Assembly: GCA_030704615.1 (NCBI GenBank)
Contig: CM060732.1
Span: forward strand, 27,714,001 to 27,778,000
Direction of reading: 5' to 3'
Length of the DNA stretch: 64,000 bases
Source: Takakia lepidozioides
Taxonomy: Eukaryota > Plantae > Bryophyta
In this document: positions 38,901-51,907 of the stretch, one piece after another
Position numbering within the stretch: the stretch's first letter is position 1
Layout: every line of letters begins with the position of its first letter
Position numbers and translations under genes: made by a program
Notes under the pieces: model-generated
The model's input: only the letters and a program-made list of their open reading frames with translations
Told to the model about the DNA's origin: nothing
Database searches by the model: none

Positions 38901-41900
38901 ATGTAAACCTAGGATACAGTTATCAAATTTGCCAACAAACTTGGAACACACAGTACCTTTGAAAACAAAATGATGTAACGAGTGTATCTGACGCTGTTGA
39001 GAAAATTGAAGGAGTCATCAAACGTCATATGAAGATCCACAAATACCCATTAGCCAACAAAGACAAAGGACGATCTATTACAGTCAAACCTAGTGAATAG
39101 GCCGATACCTCTTTTCCCCGGGCCATTGCCTGCAAGCAGGGCCTCACCCTCATTGAGTTCATTCAGAAGCTATGCACACAATGCAATTGCCAGTCACTAC
39201 CTCATGTAAACCTATCTGAGACTGGCCAACTAGTCCTACACAAGACCACTGTTAGTAGACAATTGGAAGTGAGGCAATACAATATCAATGAATACAGAAG
39301 GCACTGATATTTTCTGTTTTGTACCTGAGATACGGTGGGCACAATTGTAGGGTCAAAGCTTTCACAGTTTTGTGGATCGATAGGCAGGCACACACGACGT
39401 GCAGGATCCAACACCGGCTTTAAGTTACATGTTGTGCATGTACATAGGAGAGCCATGTTGCTGCATAGACGTACTCTTATGTTTTAGTCTTACCAGTTTT
39501 TGGATGCACACAGAAGGGCACCTTAAGCATGTGATTTGTCACTTGGAAGAGCAAAGCCAATGCCGCAATTCCAACCTCCTTACGTACTTGGGAGTCTCTA
39601 TTACCATGAAAAAATATGCATTCTAATTGAAAACAGCTCTTGTGTTCAAAGGCAGTCCATCATCTGTTCATTTTAGCAATTCAAAATTGGGCCCTGTACA
39701 TTACACCAGGAGCCAAGATATAAGATGAAAGCACACTGGAGTGTTCTTTTGTTAATACTAACAGCCTTTAAGAATATACCTCCAAGTCCACTCTGGGGTA
39801 AGTATAGGAGAACACAATCTCCTCCACACATCGTCTCAAGGCTGGCCTGTGCTATACACCCAGCATTGTCCAAGAGCATAATTCAGATTATGTTTCATGA
39901 GACACCCCCTTCATGCAAGAAGATTTCGGACGTCTGAACTAGTCTCTGTGCACATTGTTTTAAGAGAAGGTAGCTTGACTCAGACACATCCAACTCAGAT
40001 GTGAAATGGGAAGTCTACCTCTTGCTTAGACTCCAAGTTCTGTTTTAGTTGCCTCCATCGGGTCACATTGATTTCTTCTTTGGCAGCTGATTTGCGTCTG
40101 CTTTCCTGCCACCTGTCGCGCATCTGGGCCCTAACAGCTTCACAATTGCAAGTGTAATTTATTTCAAAAGCTAATCCAACACCTTTCAACACAGGGCACG
40201 CAATGATGAGAAGTCCAAGGCACATCTACTGCCCCACAAAAATGCTTGCATTGCTCAAGAACTGCGTAATGGCCCCGAAGCATGCAAGGCTCCAGCTGTC
40301 TGGAATGTGATGTTTTGTATGTTGTTTATATATCTCTAATTGCCTCTCCAGTGTTACTAGGCTCTGATATAATTGATATATGTTTTGTATCTATATGAGA
40401 TTGCAAAAGTATGACGTTCAAATAGTGTAATGTGGCCCTCATTTTCGGTGCCTCTATTGCATGTTGTTTGTACCCTTCTTGCTTTTCTCTAGTCACCCCT
40501 CTCAATCTTCACAGGAGAGGAGATGAAGATGACATTTGCATGGCTGGTCCTCCACCTCCATCTACTTATCTAGCCTATCAATCTCTCACGGACCAATCCA
40601 TGCCCTCTATTTAACAAAGTGTGAGGCTAATGTCCAAAGACTCCACTTGTGTTTGCAGGCGAGCATATGCAGAAGTGCTCAAGATGTTCTCCGAGGAGAA
40701 GATACTGTTAGATCAAAGCTTGTTAAATCCAGAGGATCACTACGAGAAAGTACTGGAGCTAGTCCGGACGAATGTATCCATTTAAACCTGCCTTGCTTAC
40801 ACTATGGTTCATGTTGATTCAGTCAGCTCAAAAGATTTTGGGTAGGAAATACATAGAACTGTGAAAAGGTATTGAAATGTATAGCAAACAAAAATCTTAA
40901 CTCTTAACTAACAAGTTTAGGGAAACATGAAGAGTCGTGTAATATGTTTCCAGTTCTGTTGAGAGGTTGCGAGTTATCTATTCTAGGAAATTTTAGGGAA
41001 GAGGTGCAAAGAGCACGACAAGGTTGAGTTACGTACATGAATGCGGGGTGAAGAGCTGCTCCAGTGAGGGATACCTTTTGTCATGTTATTCTCGTTTCCT
41101 TGTCTCAACCAGCCTTCCCATTAGCCTTCTCAATGTTTGTTCATCGGATATTTCAAACACAGACCATGCTTGATTCTCAGCAAAGGTGCCTAAAGAGTCT
41201 CACAGCAACACCCAAACAACTGGCAGTTATAGAAAAGCCTCGTGATCTCAAATGTAGATTTAAGCCACCCAGAGCATCTATATGCTACAGGTTGCAAAGG
41301 CCTTGCGCCTACTTTCATCTCTTTTCTTGCCATCCTCACATAAATGAGTGTTTGCAGTTTTCCAGGAGCAGAAGGAAGAAAATATAGGTGTGACTACCAT
41401 CACTTTTGTGCCCCCTTCCCGAACTGGTATTTTATTCATCTGATTGCTACAGATGGCTTATGAGGAGTGAACCTTGTAGAGACGGAAATAATCAGCGATG
41501 GAGGTCCTCTGATCACTGGTCAGTCTGCACAAAGCAAAGCATAGGAGATGCTTTTGAGCTAAACATATTGTATTTATGTAGTCCATATATTGTATCATTT
41601 ATATCTTTCCAGAAGGGGTCAAGAAAACTTCTTGCCCTTCCATGCTGCTGCTTTAGTCCAAGCAAAGAAATTCGTCTGTAATGAGCAAGGTTGAAGTGAA
41701 TGGTCGTACATATTCTGAAAATTTCTGCACTTAACAATCATGGTTCCTTCCCCTGAAGTTTTCTTCACAAATTTGAAATCTATACTACAATTGCTGATAT
41801 GACCACAGTTTCTAGACCTGTTCAGATAATGGGGTGGGGTCCACCCAAAGCAAGCTCCCCACCGACATCCCATCATTTCCAGTCACAGAGATAACCCATC

Positions 41901-43375
41901 AAGGGGAGAGTAGGTGTGTACTATGAGGACCCTGCTCACCAACAAGTCTATGAGAAATTCTTCCATATAACTATGCATCATGTGCAGCCCTGACCACAAA
42001 TGACAGCCAAGACAACGGTGACTAAAAGAAGTTGAGTAGACACTTGCGTGCTTTTGGATCACAAACCCAACAATGGACACCATGTTGACCCCTATAAACC
42101 CATAGTACGTGCTCAAATCCAAAGTCCTCTGCAAGAACAAATGAACAAAAACATATTGAAGCCATTCCTCATATGTGCAGCCATGAGAAGCTTAGTTGCA
42201 GCTTCAAGACACAAGGGCTTAAGGAGAAATGTGCTATTTGGATCCTCCAGAGGGCCAGGAACAAGTTTCAGTGTGAAACTTTTAATCACATGCATGCCTC
42301 AGCCACAATTACAAGCTCAACCAGAATCATCCCGTATTAGAACCTCCAAAAAACTATGTGTATGGGAAAAAAGACCGTTCCTCGTCGAAAAGTATTGATT
42401 GCATAACATCATCAGCTACGATAGCATGCGAATAGCATGTACCTGCATACATGTACATTCAATGAAAGAGTGACAAGTCAATGCGCCAGAGCACAATCTA
42501 TTATAAGACCTTGTGGGATCTTGACAAGTGTAAACTAAGAGGGGATAAAAGATTAGACCTCTGCAGACATACATCTGCCCCGCTGCAACAATGACAAATG
42601 TCATCATAGTCTGTCATATCCTGCCAGAACTATGACCCCTTCAGCACAGCTTTAAGACAACATGCCCTCTTAGACACGCAGCTTCATTGTTCTGCTTTAT
42701 TTCCTTGAAAGGGCGGGGGCATCCCACTGATTGGGGTTGCATCACAAAGCCGATGTCCCGGATTTGTGCTTTAATTTTTTCTATCATATTTTATTCCATG
42801 GGCTCTCTCTCTCTCTCATGGGCCAAGGCAAACAACGTCTTATGAGTACAATCTCTCTCATGGGCAACAGTTTCAGTCTTTTCATATGGTTTTTTGGTTG
42901 ATATATTTGTGTCACATGCACATAGAACTTTTAGATCAGGGCCAAAAACTCACAATGTCAAAAACAAGCTCCCTCTCCACAGGAGAGAAGACTCGGTCTG
43001 CTCCCAGGCTTGAATTATGCTATCCTCTTAGCAGGCTGCAGCACCCCTACAGTCAATCAGTATGCAGCCATAAACTGAGATGTAGTGAAGAGACAAATCA
43101 TCATCCTCACTGCTCCATGTCTGTAACGTAGACTTAAAAACCCAAGTTTACACCAAACAAATGACTTCATTTGTCCACTGGTTGTTCGTCTTGTAAAAGT
43201 TATTCACTCCAAGAAAAACAACTATGTATTTGCTGACAAGTGCAGAAATTCAATGAAAGAATCATGTAACCATAAGTGGACTGCAATGTTCATGGTTTCC
43301 CACAACTGAAGTAGCTACTGCTTAGTGTGGCTCCCCATACACTACAGGCTTGACGTAAGAATCTTACATCAACAT

Positions 43376-43692
43376 TGTCAAGTTATTTTACCACTAGTGT
43401 GAAACTAGCTAGGAAATAGCTAGCTTTTACATATTGACATTTGGGATTGGCCCAAGTGTCAATCCAGGGGTCAAGGTAGATTTAGGCCCTGGAGTGGTTA
43501 TCTTCACGGCAAGCGCGGGAGGCTCATCTTTCTCGAGTTGAGCCTCACCGCGCCTAGCTATGGCGCCGTAGTGTGGATTCCCCATGGCGTGGGGTGCACT
43601 TGGCTTGACTTGTATTTGAGTGATGAGGTTATATATGCATGAGTTTATGCTTCAGATTTGTGAGCTCGTGCTTGTATTCCTCTTCTTTATCA
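43376..43692 (+). repeat. Terminal repeat A1 (317 bp)
   Basis: Matches 51908-52224 with one visible substitution. Confidence 0.95.
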
Positions 43693-45224
43693 CTCGAGAA
43701 AGATCAGCTCGTATCTGTGAGTTCCAGATACGAGTTAGTTGTAGCACTTGTGGTTTTTGCTTGAGAATGAGAGAAACCAAGTTGTTATGCAAGGAGCACC
43801 GTGGAGCTCTTGGTTGTTAGAAGCGGAGGCGATGTGGGTTACGAGGTGGTAGACCTTGGCATTCGATTTTCAGCTTCAGAGATGAAAGCACCATGCTGCA
43901 GGTAATTCCAGAACACCTTGATGGTTTCAGATTGTGTACATGCATGAGCAAGCACGATTGGGAAGAGGACCAGTCAAGAGCAGGTTATAGTGGCTTTGGT
44001 GGCAAAGCTGAGAACTGGACTTCGGAATGCGAGCTTTCATTGTGTGAAGGATTGCAGGACCAAGCGAAAGGGCTGATTTGGCTTGGGGCAAATCAGTGCA
44101 CTTTGTGGAGTATGGTGAGATTGGGTTTCAATCTCGAGCTTCAGCATTGAGAGGGCTCTTGTCATGGCAAGAGAAGGGCTGGAACAGGAGCTAAGAGGTG
44201 CGGCAAGGCCATGGAATGTGCACCTAGGGTTTCAGAGCTTGGAAGAAGAGCTCTTGCACCACAAGAGAAGTGTCTTGTGGCTGGAAATGTAAGCCTTAGG
44301 GTTTCAGGAGCTTGGCAAAGGCTGTGGAGTGCTTAGTCTTGTCTTAGAGAGCATCAAGGAGCCAAGGAGCCAAGATAGGGGGCTGATATCTCTTGTGTGA
44401 AGAGGTTGCATGTGTGGAGCATGTATTCAGCTCATTGAAGCTTCCATCTTCAAGCTTGGAGGGCAAGCAAGGAAGAGGGAAGGGCTGACTTCCCTTATGT
44501 GAGGGCAATGCATGTGTGGAGCATGCTATCAGCCTGTGAAGGCTTGCACTTTCAGGTGTGGGAGTGCAAGAAAGGAAGGAAGGGGCTGATTTCCCTGTAG
44601 GGCATGTGGAGCATGCTTTCAGCCTGCTGAAGCTTGTATTTTCAGGTTTGTGGATGAAAGAAATGAAGCAAATGAGCTGATTCTCTTATGGTGAGAGTGG
44701 GGCATGTGTGGAGCATGCCTTCAGCCCATTGAGGCTCTTGTTTTCAAGATTTAGAGAGCTAGAACGGAAGGTCTAGGGCTGGTTTCCACTTGGAGTGAAA
44801 GAAAAGCACTTGTAGGGCCTATGTGAGTTGGGGTTTCAACTTCAAGCTTGAAGGGAGCGCAACTCTTGAAGCAGCAGGTGTAGGGGGCTGGAATAGGCTC
44901 TAAGACAGATGCTATGGCCAAGGAGAGTGCTTGAATGAGTGCTCACAAGGGCTGGGAACCAGCAGGGCTTGGTTGTTTGCCATTGAGTTTAGTGGCGTGT
45001 TTGGGGAGGCTAAGTGAGAAAGAAGGCTTGGTTTGTGGCAACCACCTCATGGCTTAGGGCTACCATGGTGGTGTGTGGGAGCCGAAAGAGCAAGAATACC
45101 TTGCTGATTTCCTCACAACCGCCATAGCTCGGTGGAAAGAAGCCTAGAGTCCAAGAGACACAAACCCTAGCTTGGCGTGGCTAAACCCCTTGGAGTAATG
45201 GCTAAACTGCCAGAGCGGCCATGG

Positions 45225-45745
45225 ATGGAGCTGTGACGGGCTGTCCCTGTGGCCTTGGGGGCTGTGAGGGGCTGTGACAGGCTGTGCCCGTGGCCTTTGG
45301 GGCTGTGATGGGCTTGTGAGGGTTGTGACAGGCCGTGCCTAGGCCTTTGGGGCTGTGAGGGGCTGTGAGGGGCTATGACAGGCCGTGCCTGAAGCCTTTG
45401 GGGTTGTGAGGGGCTGTGTCAGGCCGTGCCTGAGGCCTTTGGGGCTGTGAGGGGCTGTGTCAGGCTGCGCCGGTGGCCTTTGGGGCTGTGAGGGCTGTGA
45501 GGGCCTGTGACGGGCTGCGCGGTGGCCTTGGGGGCTGTGGCGAGCTGTGACGGGCTGTGCGGGGCTGTGCCCAGTGGCCTGTGGGGCTGTGACGGGCTGT
45601 GGCGAGCTGTGCCCTGTGGCCTGTGGGGCTGTGACAGGCTGTGACAGGCTGTGCCCAGTGGCCTGTGGGACTGTGACGGCTGTGACCAGTGAGCTGTATG
45701 GGCTGTGCTGGTCTGTGGTGGCCCGTGTTGACCTGTGGACGGCCT
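45225..45745. repeat. GGGGCTGTGA-type minisatellite in the retroelement 5' leader
   Basis: Repeated GGGCTGTG(A/G)...GGCCTTTG units. Confidence 0.88.
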
Positions 45746-46421
45746 GTGCTGACTCGTGGAGACACTGGTGGACTGCCTAAGGACTGGCATGTGGTCTTGA
45801 AGGCCGAATTTTGAAGCTCGTGGAGGGCGGTTTGAGGAGTATCTTCATGATATTCCCATGGTCATGCAAGTGAGGGAAGAGAGGAGAGGAAGAGTGTTGG
45901 GGTGAGGGCATGCTGGGGTTAGGCATTGCTTTAGCTTCTCTTCCTCATAGTTTCCACCCACTCATTAGGCCAAGACCTTTCCGTAGGTGGAGGCAGAGTC
46001 AGTCCGGGTTTGGGCCGGGGTGTCCTTGCAGGAGCAACACCGTGGAGTTATTTTTGGTGTGGGGGAGTTGTCGTTCTGATTTCTTGTGTTTGGATCCCCT
46101 CCATACCTGCATGCTTGACTGTGCGCCATGCTAGTTTTGTGTGGGCGCTTGTTTTTATATGTGATTGGTCCGGATTTGATCACCGGCCAGTCCTAGAGCA
46201 TGTTGTCGATGGTGAGGTTGGGGTGATGACCAGCCAGACCATCATTGTTTCTCCTGTGGTGAGGTTGGAGGTGATGACCAGCCAACCATAAGAGTGCTTG
46301 CGGTGGATGCAGGTACAAGTGTAGGCTATGTTAGGAACTTAGTATTCCAAACCATAAGCCGCAACAGGTTCTCTACCCGGTTACCTTGTGGAGAGGGGGT
46401 TAGGGACATCTTCATGACCGG

Positions 46422-49330
46422 TTGAGTGTCAACACGGAGGTGCCACTAGTTGCTGGGGACAGTGCCGGTTTGAGCACTAGCGATACTAGTGGGTATACGA
46501 GACGAGGTGTGCGGTTTAGGCCACCTTCACCTCTTGTGTCTTCTATGGAAGGTTTTGATTCGGATTGTGAATCTGGAGGACTCATACCGGCGGTGCAAGT
46601 TGTTTCTTTGCCATTGTTGTGGGACATAATGAAGGAGATGTATGGAGCTACCAAGGGCCCACAAAGATACTCTGGGGCGGTGGGGACCATCGAGTTGGAT
46701 GATTTTATCCAAGAGTTTGATAGTTGGTGTGATTTGCAGCAAATGCGCAATCCAGAACTATTTACGCCTTTCATGGTATGGAAGGGGCTGTTTCAGCACC
46801 TTGAGGGGCCGCCTATGGATGATTACCTTGAGTTCAGGCGGGGGCATGAGGTTGAGATCGAGGAGTGGAGGATGTACTGGTCACCTGACTATGTCTCCAT
46901 CACTAGGGGCACTAGAGCCACGAGGGCAGTGGCTACACCTGCCGCTGCACCGGCAGCTTCAGCGAGTAGCAGTGGGACTAGTGGGACTGGTGGTACAGTA
47001 GCTACAACGTCTACCCAAGCCACTACCGCACCAGCACTAGTACCCGTGCCTGCCTTCAACCCTGTTGTGGAGTTCTTCGAAGAGTTGAGAGGGAACTACC
47101 AAGGGGTGAGGACAGAGAAGTTGCGGAGCTTGCAAGAGTTCCAACGGAAGCCGACCGAGAGCTTGAGGGAGGCTTTCACTCGCATGAGGCGCTTGATAAA
47201 TGTAGCCCAAGGGGTTACGGAAGCTCAGGCAGTCCAATTCTGGTATGGGATATTGGACAAGGAGCTGAGGAGAAGGGTGCGGGATGCAACTCTCCTACAA
47301 GCGGCCCAACCCACCTTAGCAAATGTGTTTTTGTTGGCAGAGCGGATAGAGCTCAACATGGTGGAGGAACGAGTGGTCATGGTGGGATTTGCTAAGGAGA
47401 CACCACGGGGTAGTGGTGCTCCTAGCCAACCACTACCTCAACGTGCTCAAGGCAAAAATGGGGCTCAGGTGAAGCTCAGGGAAGGGCAAAGAGGACCTCG
47501 GATGCAGGGGTCTCTCCCTTCATTTGCTGGCCAACAACGGGCGGATGTGGTGTGCTGGACATGTGGAGGACCCCATGTCAAGAAGGATTGCCCAGAAGGA
47601 GGCAAACGGCCGGCACATGCACAGCCTGCATAGTTGCAGTGTGGGCATTGTGGCAAGCACGGGCATGGAGAGGCCCAGTGTTATGGTTTGCATCCTGAGT
47701 TGCGCCCAGGCCAGGTCCAAGGGAACAATGGTGGCCTGGGGCGAGGTGGAGCAGCCCAGAGAGAACGAGGTGGCCAGCCACGAGGTGCAGGCCAAGGGCA
47801 AGCTCAACATGGCCAAGGACGCGGAGGTCAGGGTGTTGACCAAGGCATGGCCAACCAGCTTCAGCAGCTAGAGCAGAGGCTCGCTACAACTCAGGTGGTA
47901 CCGGCTCTAAGGCCGGATGGTCCACCTCCTGCTCCTGAGGGAGGAGAAATGGGAAGCATGGGATTCATGTGTGGAGCAGCACTACCACTAGTGCAGGTAG
48001 AGTCTGCTGCAGCCGTGACTCGAGGAGCAGCACGAATTCCTGAGCCACGAGGTGCAGAGGTGGAGTTGGATCCACAGCGTGGGGAGGCAAGCCGTCAGGC
48101 TAGGCTTCCTCAATCATTCACATTGGCGGAGACAGTGTCGATGCCATCCATGGCACCTAGTTCTCGCCCGACTGTTACCGAGGCGGAGGTTACTATGCCA
48201 TTAGGGAGAGCTACACGGGTAGCACCACTACCTAGTGTTGCCAAGGCTACGGTAGCTAGTGTGCTGCTAGGAGTGGCCACATCTGTGTGTCAGGCTCCAT
48301 TGTTCTCGGCTACCATGATTGCGACGGAGGGGGTAAGACCAGATGAGGTGTTCAGGCTAGCAGCTACACTCTGTGAGAGTGGGGAGGTTACTTCATCTTC
48401 TGCGGAGATAGTGGGGGTGTAGTGCCGGAGGGATCCTCGGATTTGAGGGTCAAGACTGCCACGGTGGCGCCATGGCAAGCTGCAGCTGCCAGGTTGATGG
48501 AGCTGCCAGCTAGGCCACCCATTGAGCGCGCCATGGTGACACCTAGAGTTGTCATGTTAGACAACCAGGATGGCATTTTCTGTTTGAGTGGACCGGCAAG
48601 AGGTACCGGCCACTGCGGGTCTTGTTGGACTCGGGAGCTCAGCCATTGATGCTGGGCAGAGCTGCTATTGCAGGCTTGGGCCTCACGGAGGCGGATATGG
48701 AGCCTTGTCATTTCCAGATACAGACGTCTCTGGGAGGATCGGAGCAGGCTCGGGGCATGACACGGCGTGAGTTGGCTATCAGACTACGGCCGGATCACCC
48801 TACAGATGGCTCAATGATGCGAGCCAAGGCCATTGTGACAGACGCGGTCTCATACGATGTCCTGGTTGGTGGGGCAGTGTTGTACCCCATGGGCTTCACC
48901 CTGGATTTTTGGGAGGAGTCAGCTTCCTATAGGCCTGCATGGCAGTCAGGGGAGGGCCGGCGTGTGCAGCTCCCTGTGACGTGCATAGGAGGAGTTGCGG
49001 TTGCCTAGCGAGGCAAGATGCCGACACTAGCAGCATTCACAGCGGCAGTGAGTTGGCCTAGAGAGTTGCTTGAGGGCAACGCTCATTCAGAGGATGTACC
49101 ACCTCCGGGAGAGCAAGATGACATGTATGGTATGGCGGAGTTGCCTACCATGGTTGCTCAGACTCCATTGTGGGGCACGAGCAAGGATTTGCAGCGGGAT
49201 GCTGATCGACGGGTGCAACAAGCCTGGGTGGAGGCTTTTGTACCGTCAGGAGAGGAGGAGAGTGCGGGGATTGCACCAGGACCATCTCAATTGTCTCCAT
49301 TGGACACCACACCTATTGTGTGGCAGTATC
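46422..49330 (+). pseudogene. Gag (zinc knuckles) plus aspartic protease
   Basis: ELDDFIQEFDSW; CWTCGGPHVKKDC; CGHCGKHGHGEAQC; LLDSGAQP; YDVLVGGAVL. In-frame stops at about 47631, 48420 and 49006. Confidence 0.9.
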
Positions 49331-49332
49331 CG

Positions 49333-50290
49333 GATGAAGGCATTTGTCTTCTGGACTTGTTTGGTGGGATCAGCACCGGATTGGTTGCTGTGTTACAGGC
49401 AGGTGTACGAGTTTGGCGTTACTTGTATGTGGAGAGGGATGAAACTGCACGACGCGTTTCACTTCGCCATGTTGCTCAGTTGGTGCAGCGGTACCCTGAG
49501 TTGTTGCCGGTGTCTGCAGTTCGTGGATATCAGCAGACATTTCGTTGTTGGGGGCGCAAGATTTGGAGCGGGTTGGCTCCATTGATTTGATAGTGGCAGG
49601 TTGGCCCTGCCAAGGGCATTCATCAGCCGGGCATGACAATGGATTGCGAGACTCGAGGTCGGGTCTGTTTTGGGAGATGGTGCGGGTTTTGCGCCACTTA
49701 CAGCTTCATCAAGCTGTATCTCCAGCATACATCTTGGAGAATGTGCCACTGATGGGCAATTCTCGGGCCAGGATGATGGCCAATGTGCATCAAGTCCGGT
49801 CGTGGCTTGGGTCTGCAGTGTTGCTGGATGCAGTTGCAGTGGGGTCACGGGCTCATCGTCCACGGTTATGGTGGACTAACTTGATGCCACCCGCACTGCT
49901 TAAGCGTGCATTTGATGGGGTGCAGCGGCCAGCACACCTCACAATGGATAGCATTTTGGACACAAAGAGGCAGTCTCAGCGTGTGAGACACGATGACCGT
50001 TTGCCTTTGGCAGTGGTTAACAAGGTGGGTCGACCACGAGCAGCATTACCTACACTGCTCAGCTTCCCAAGATCGCATGCTTTCCGGGATAGTGGACCTG
50101 GCCTCCTGTGGGATGCTCAGTTGCAGCAGTTAGTGGAGCCTAATGCTGACGAGCGTGAGCGGGCAATGGGTTTTACCACTGGTACCACGGCGGTGTCGTC
50201 TCTTTCTGAGGCATCACGTCGTCAAATGTTGGGGCAAGCAATGGATCTCAATTGCTTGACCTGGATTATCAGCTTGGCTCTGGCTGAGCA
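49333..50290 (+). pseudogene. C5 DNA-cytosine methyltransferase domain inside Pol (frameshifted at about 49540)
   Basis: Motif I LDLFGGISTG, motif II YVE, motif IV DLIVAGWPCQG, motif VI YILENV, motif VIII AHRPRLWWTN, motif IX ERERAMGF, motif X RQMLGQAM. Confidence 0.92.
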
Positions 50291-50699
50291 ACGCAGAGTG
50301 CGGACTACACTTCCCTCGATGGTCTCTCTGCCTACCGAGACGGTACAGGCAGTGAGTGGGGGCGAGCATGTGAGGACCACGGGGTGTAGACATCCATGGC
50401 ACACGTGGGAGGTGCTCGAGGTTCAGAGGGAGTTGGCAGCCAAGGCGGCTGTGATGGATGAGGTTGGGGATTCTTCTCGGGTTGAGGAGGTCCTCAAGGA
50501 TAAGATGATGGGGCAGGATGAGGCCTTGTCATTGACTGAGCAGGCAGGGAGTACTGCTCAAGAGGTTGCAACATAGCAACCACTGGACGCGTCCTCTACC
50601 TCTAAGCCCACTGGACTTAAGGTTGCAGTTACGGATGACAATTAGGAGCCTGACATTGGACCCATTGTCACCGGAGGAGAGAGACGACGTATACGGCGG

Positions 50700-51700
50700 T
50701 TCCTGAGGGCTTACAGGAATTGCTTTGCCTTCAGTTTGAAGGACTTGGGAGCACTGAAGGGTCAAGAGATCCGTATTGAGTTGGCCACTGACACGCCAAT
50801 CTTTCGGAAATCCTATAGATACAGTGACATGGAGAGGTCTTTGATTCAGGTGAGGACTCAAGATCTCTGGGAGGCAGGTTTGGTGGAGCTCTCTGGTGGA
50901 GAGTATGCTTCAGCCACAGTGATGGCAGCCAAGAAGGATGTCTATGGCAATTGGACGGAGAGACGTATGTGCGGTGATTACCGGCCTGTAAATCGTCAGA
51001 CCAAGTCCGATAAGTATGCCATGCCAATACCAGAGGAGATCTTTGATGCCATCGGGCATGCTAAGGCCTTTAGCACTTTGGATTTACGATCCGGATATCA
51101 CCAGTTGCCAATCAAGGAGGCGGACAAGCAGAAGACGGCATTCTGGGGGATCAATGAGCACGGCAAGGATTGCCTATATCAGTGGCGGTTCTTACCATTT
51201 GGGCTTAAGAATGCTCCTGCAGAGTTTCAGAGAGTCATGGATAGGATTCTAGCAGGGGTGGACTTTGCTCGGTGCTACATAGATGATATCATCATCTTTA
51301 GTGTTACGATGGAGGAGCATGAGAGACACCTTTAGGTGGTATTGGAGCGCTTGAGAGCGCACGGATTGAAGTTGCATCCGGGGAAGTGCAAGTTTTTCCA
51401 CAACCAGATTGAGTATCTGGGTCACATGATATATCCTGGAGGATTGGGGGTATAACAGACTAAGGTAGAGGCCATTGCACAAATTCCATGCCCCACGGAT
51501 GTGAGCCGAGTTCAAGCTTTCATGGGGTTGACAGACTATTATAGACGGTTTGTCAAGGGATTTAGTACCATTGCAAAGGCTCTAACCAAGCTGACCAAGG
51601 TGGACCAGGAGTGGCAGTGGGAAGATGAGCAGGAACGAGCTTTTCAAGAGCTCAAGGCGAGGTTGACCTCGGCGCCTATCCTGAGACGACCTATCAGGAG
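50700..51700 (+). pseudogene. Ty3/Gypsy reverse transcriptase plus start of the connection domain
   Basis: RMCGDYRPVN; FSTLDLRSGYHQ; KTAF; LPFGLKNAPAEFQRVMD; YIDDIIIFS; KCKFF...YLGH; AFQELKARLTSAPIL, then an abrupt end. Confidence 0.93.
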
Positions 51701-51728
51701 GGACCTAAGCACCAGCTAGGGGGGCGAT

Positions 51729-51905
51729 TGTGTGGACTAGTGACTGCCATAGTGGGCAGCATAGTGGCAGCCCAATGACTGACTAGTTGTAGCCTAGTGG
51801 TTAGACTAGTGGCTGGACTAGTGGTATACTAGTGTGTGGTGTGCACATGTGTTGTGTGGTTTTGGACAACGATGTATTTGTGTAGCGATATGTATGCGCA
51901 CGACA
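51729..51905 (+). repeat. Terminal repeat B1 (177 bp), directly after a polypurine tract
   Basis: AGGGGGGCGAT|TGTGTGG...CGACA. Matches 52226-52402 with about 5 substitutions. Confidence 0.93.
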
Positions 51906-51907
51906 GC

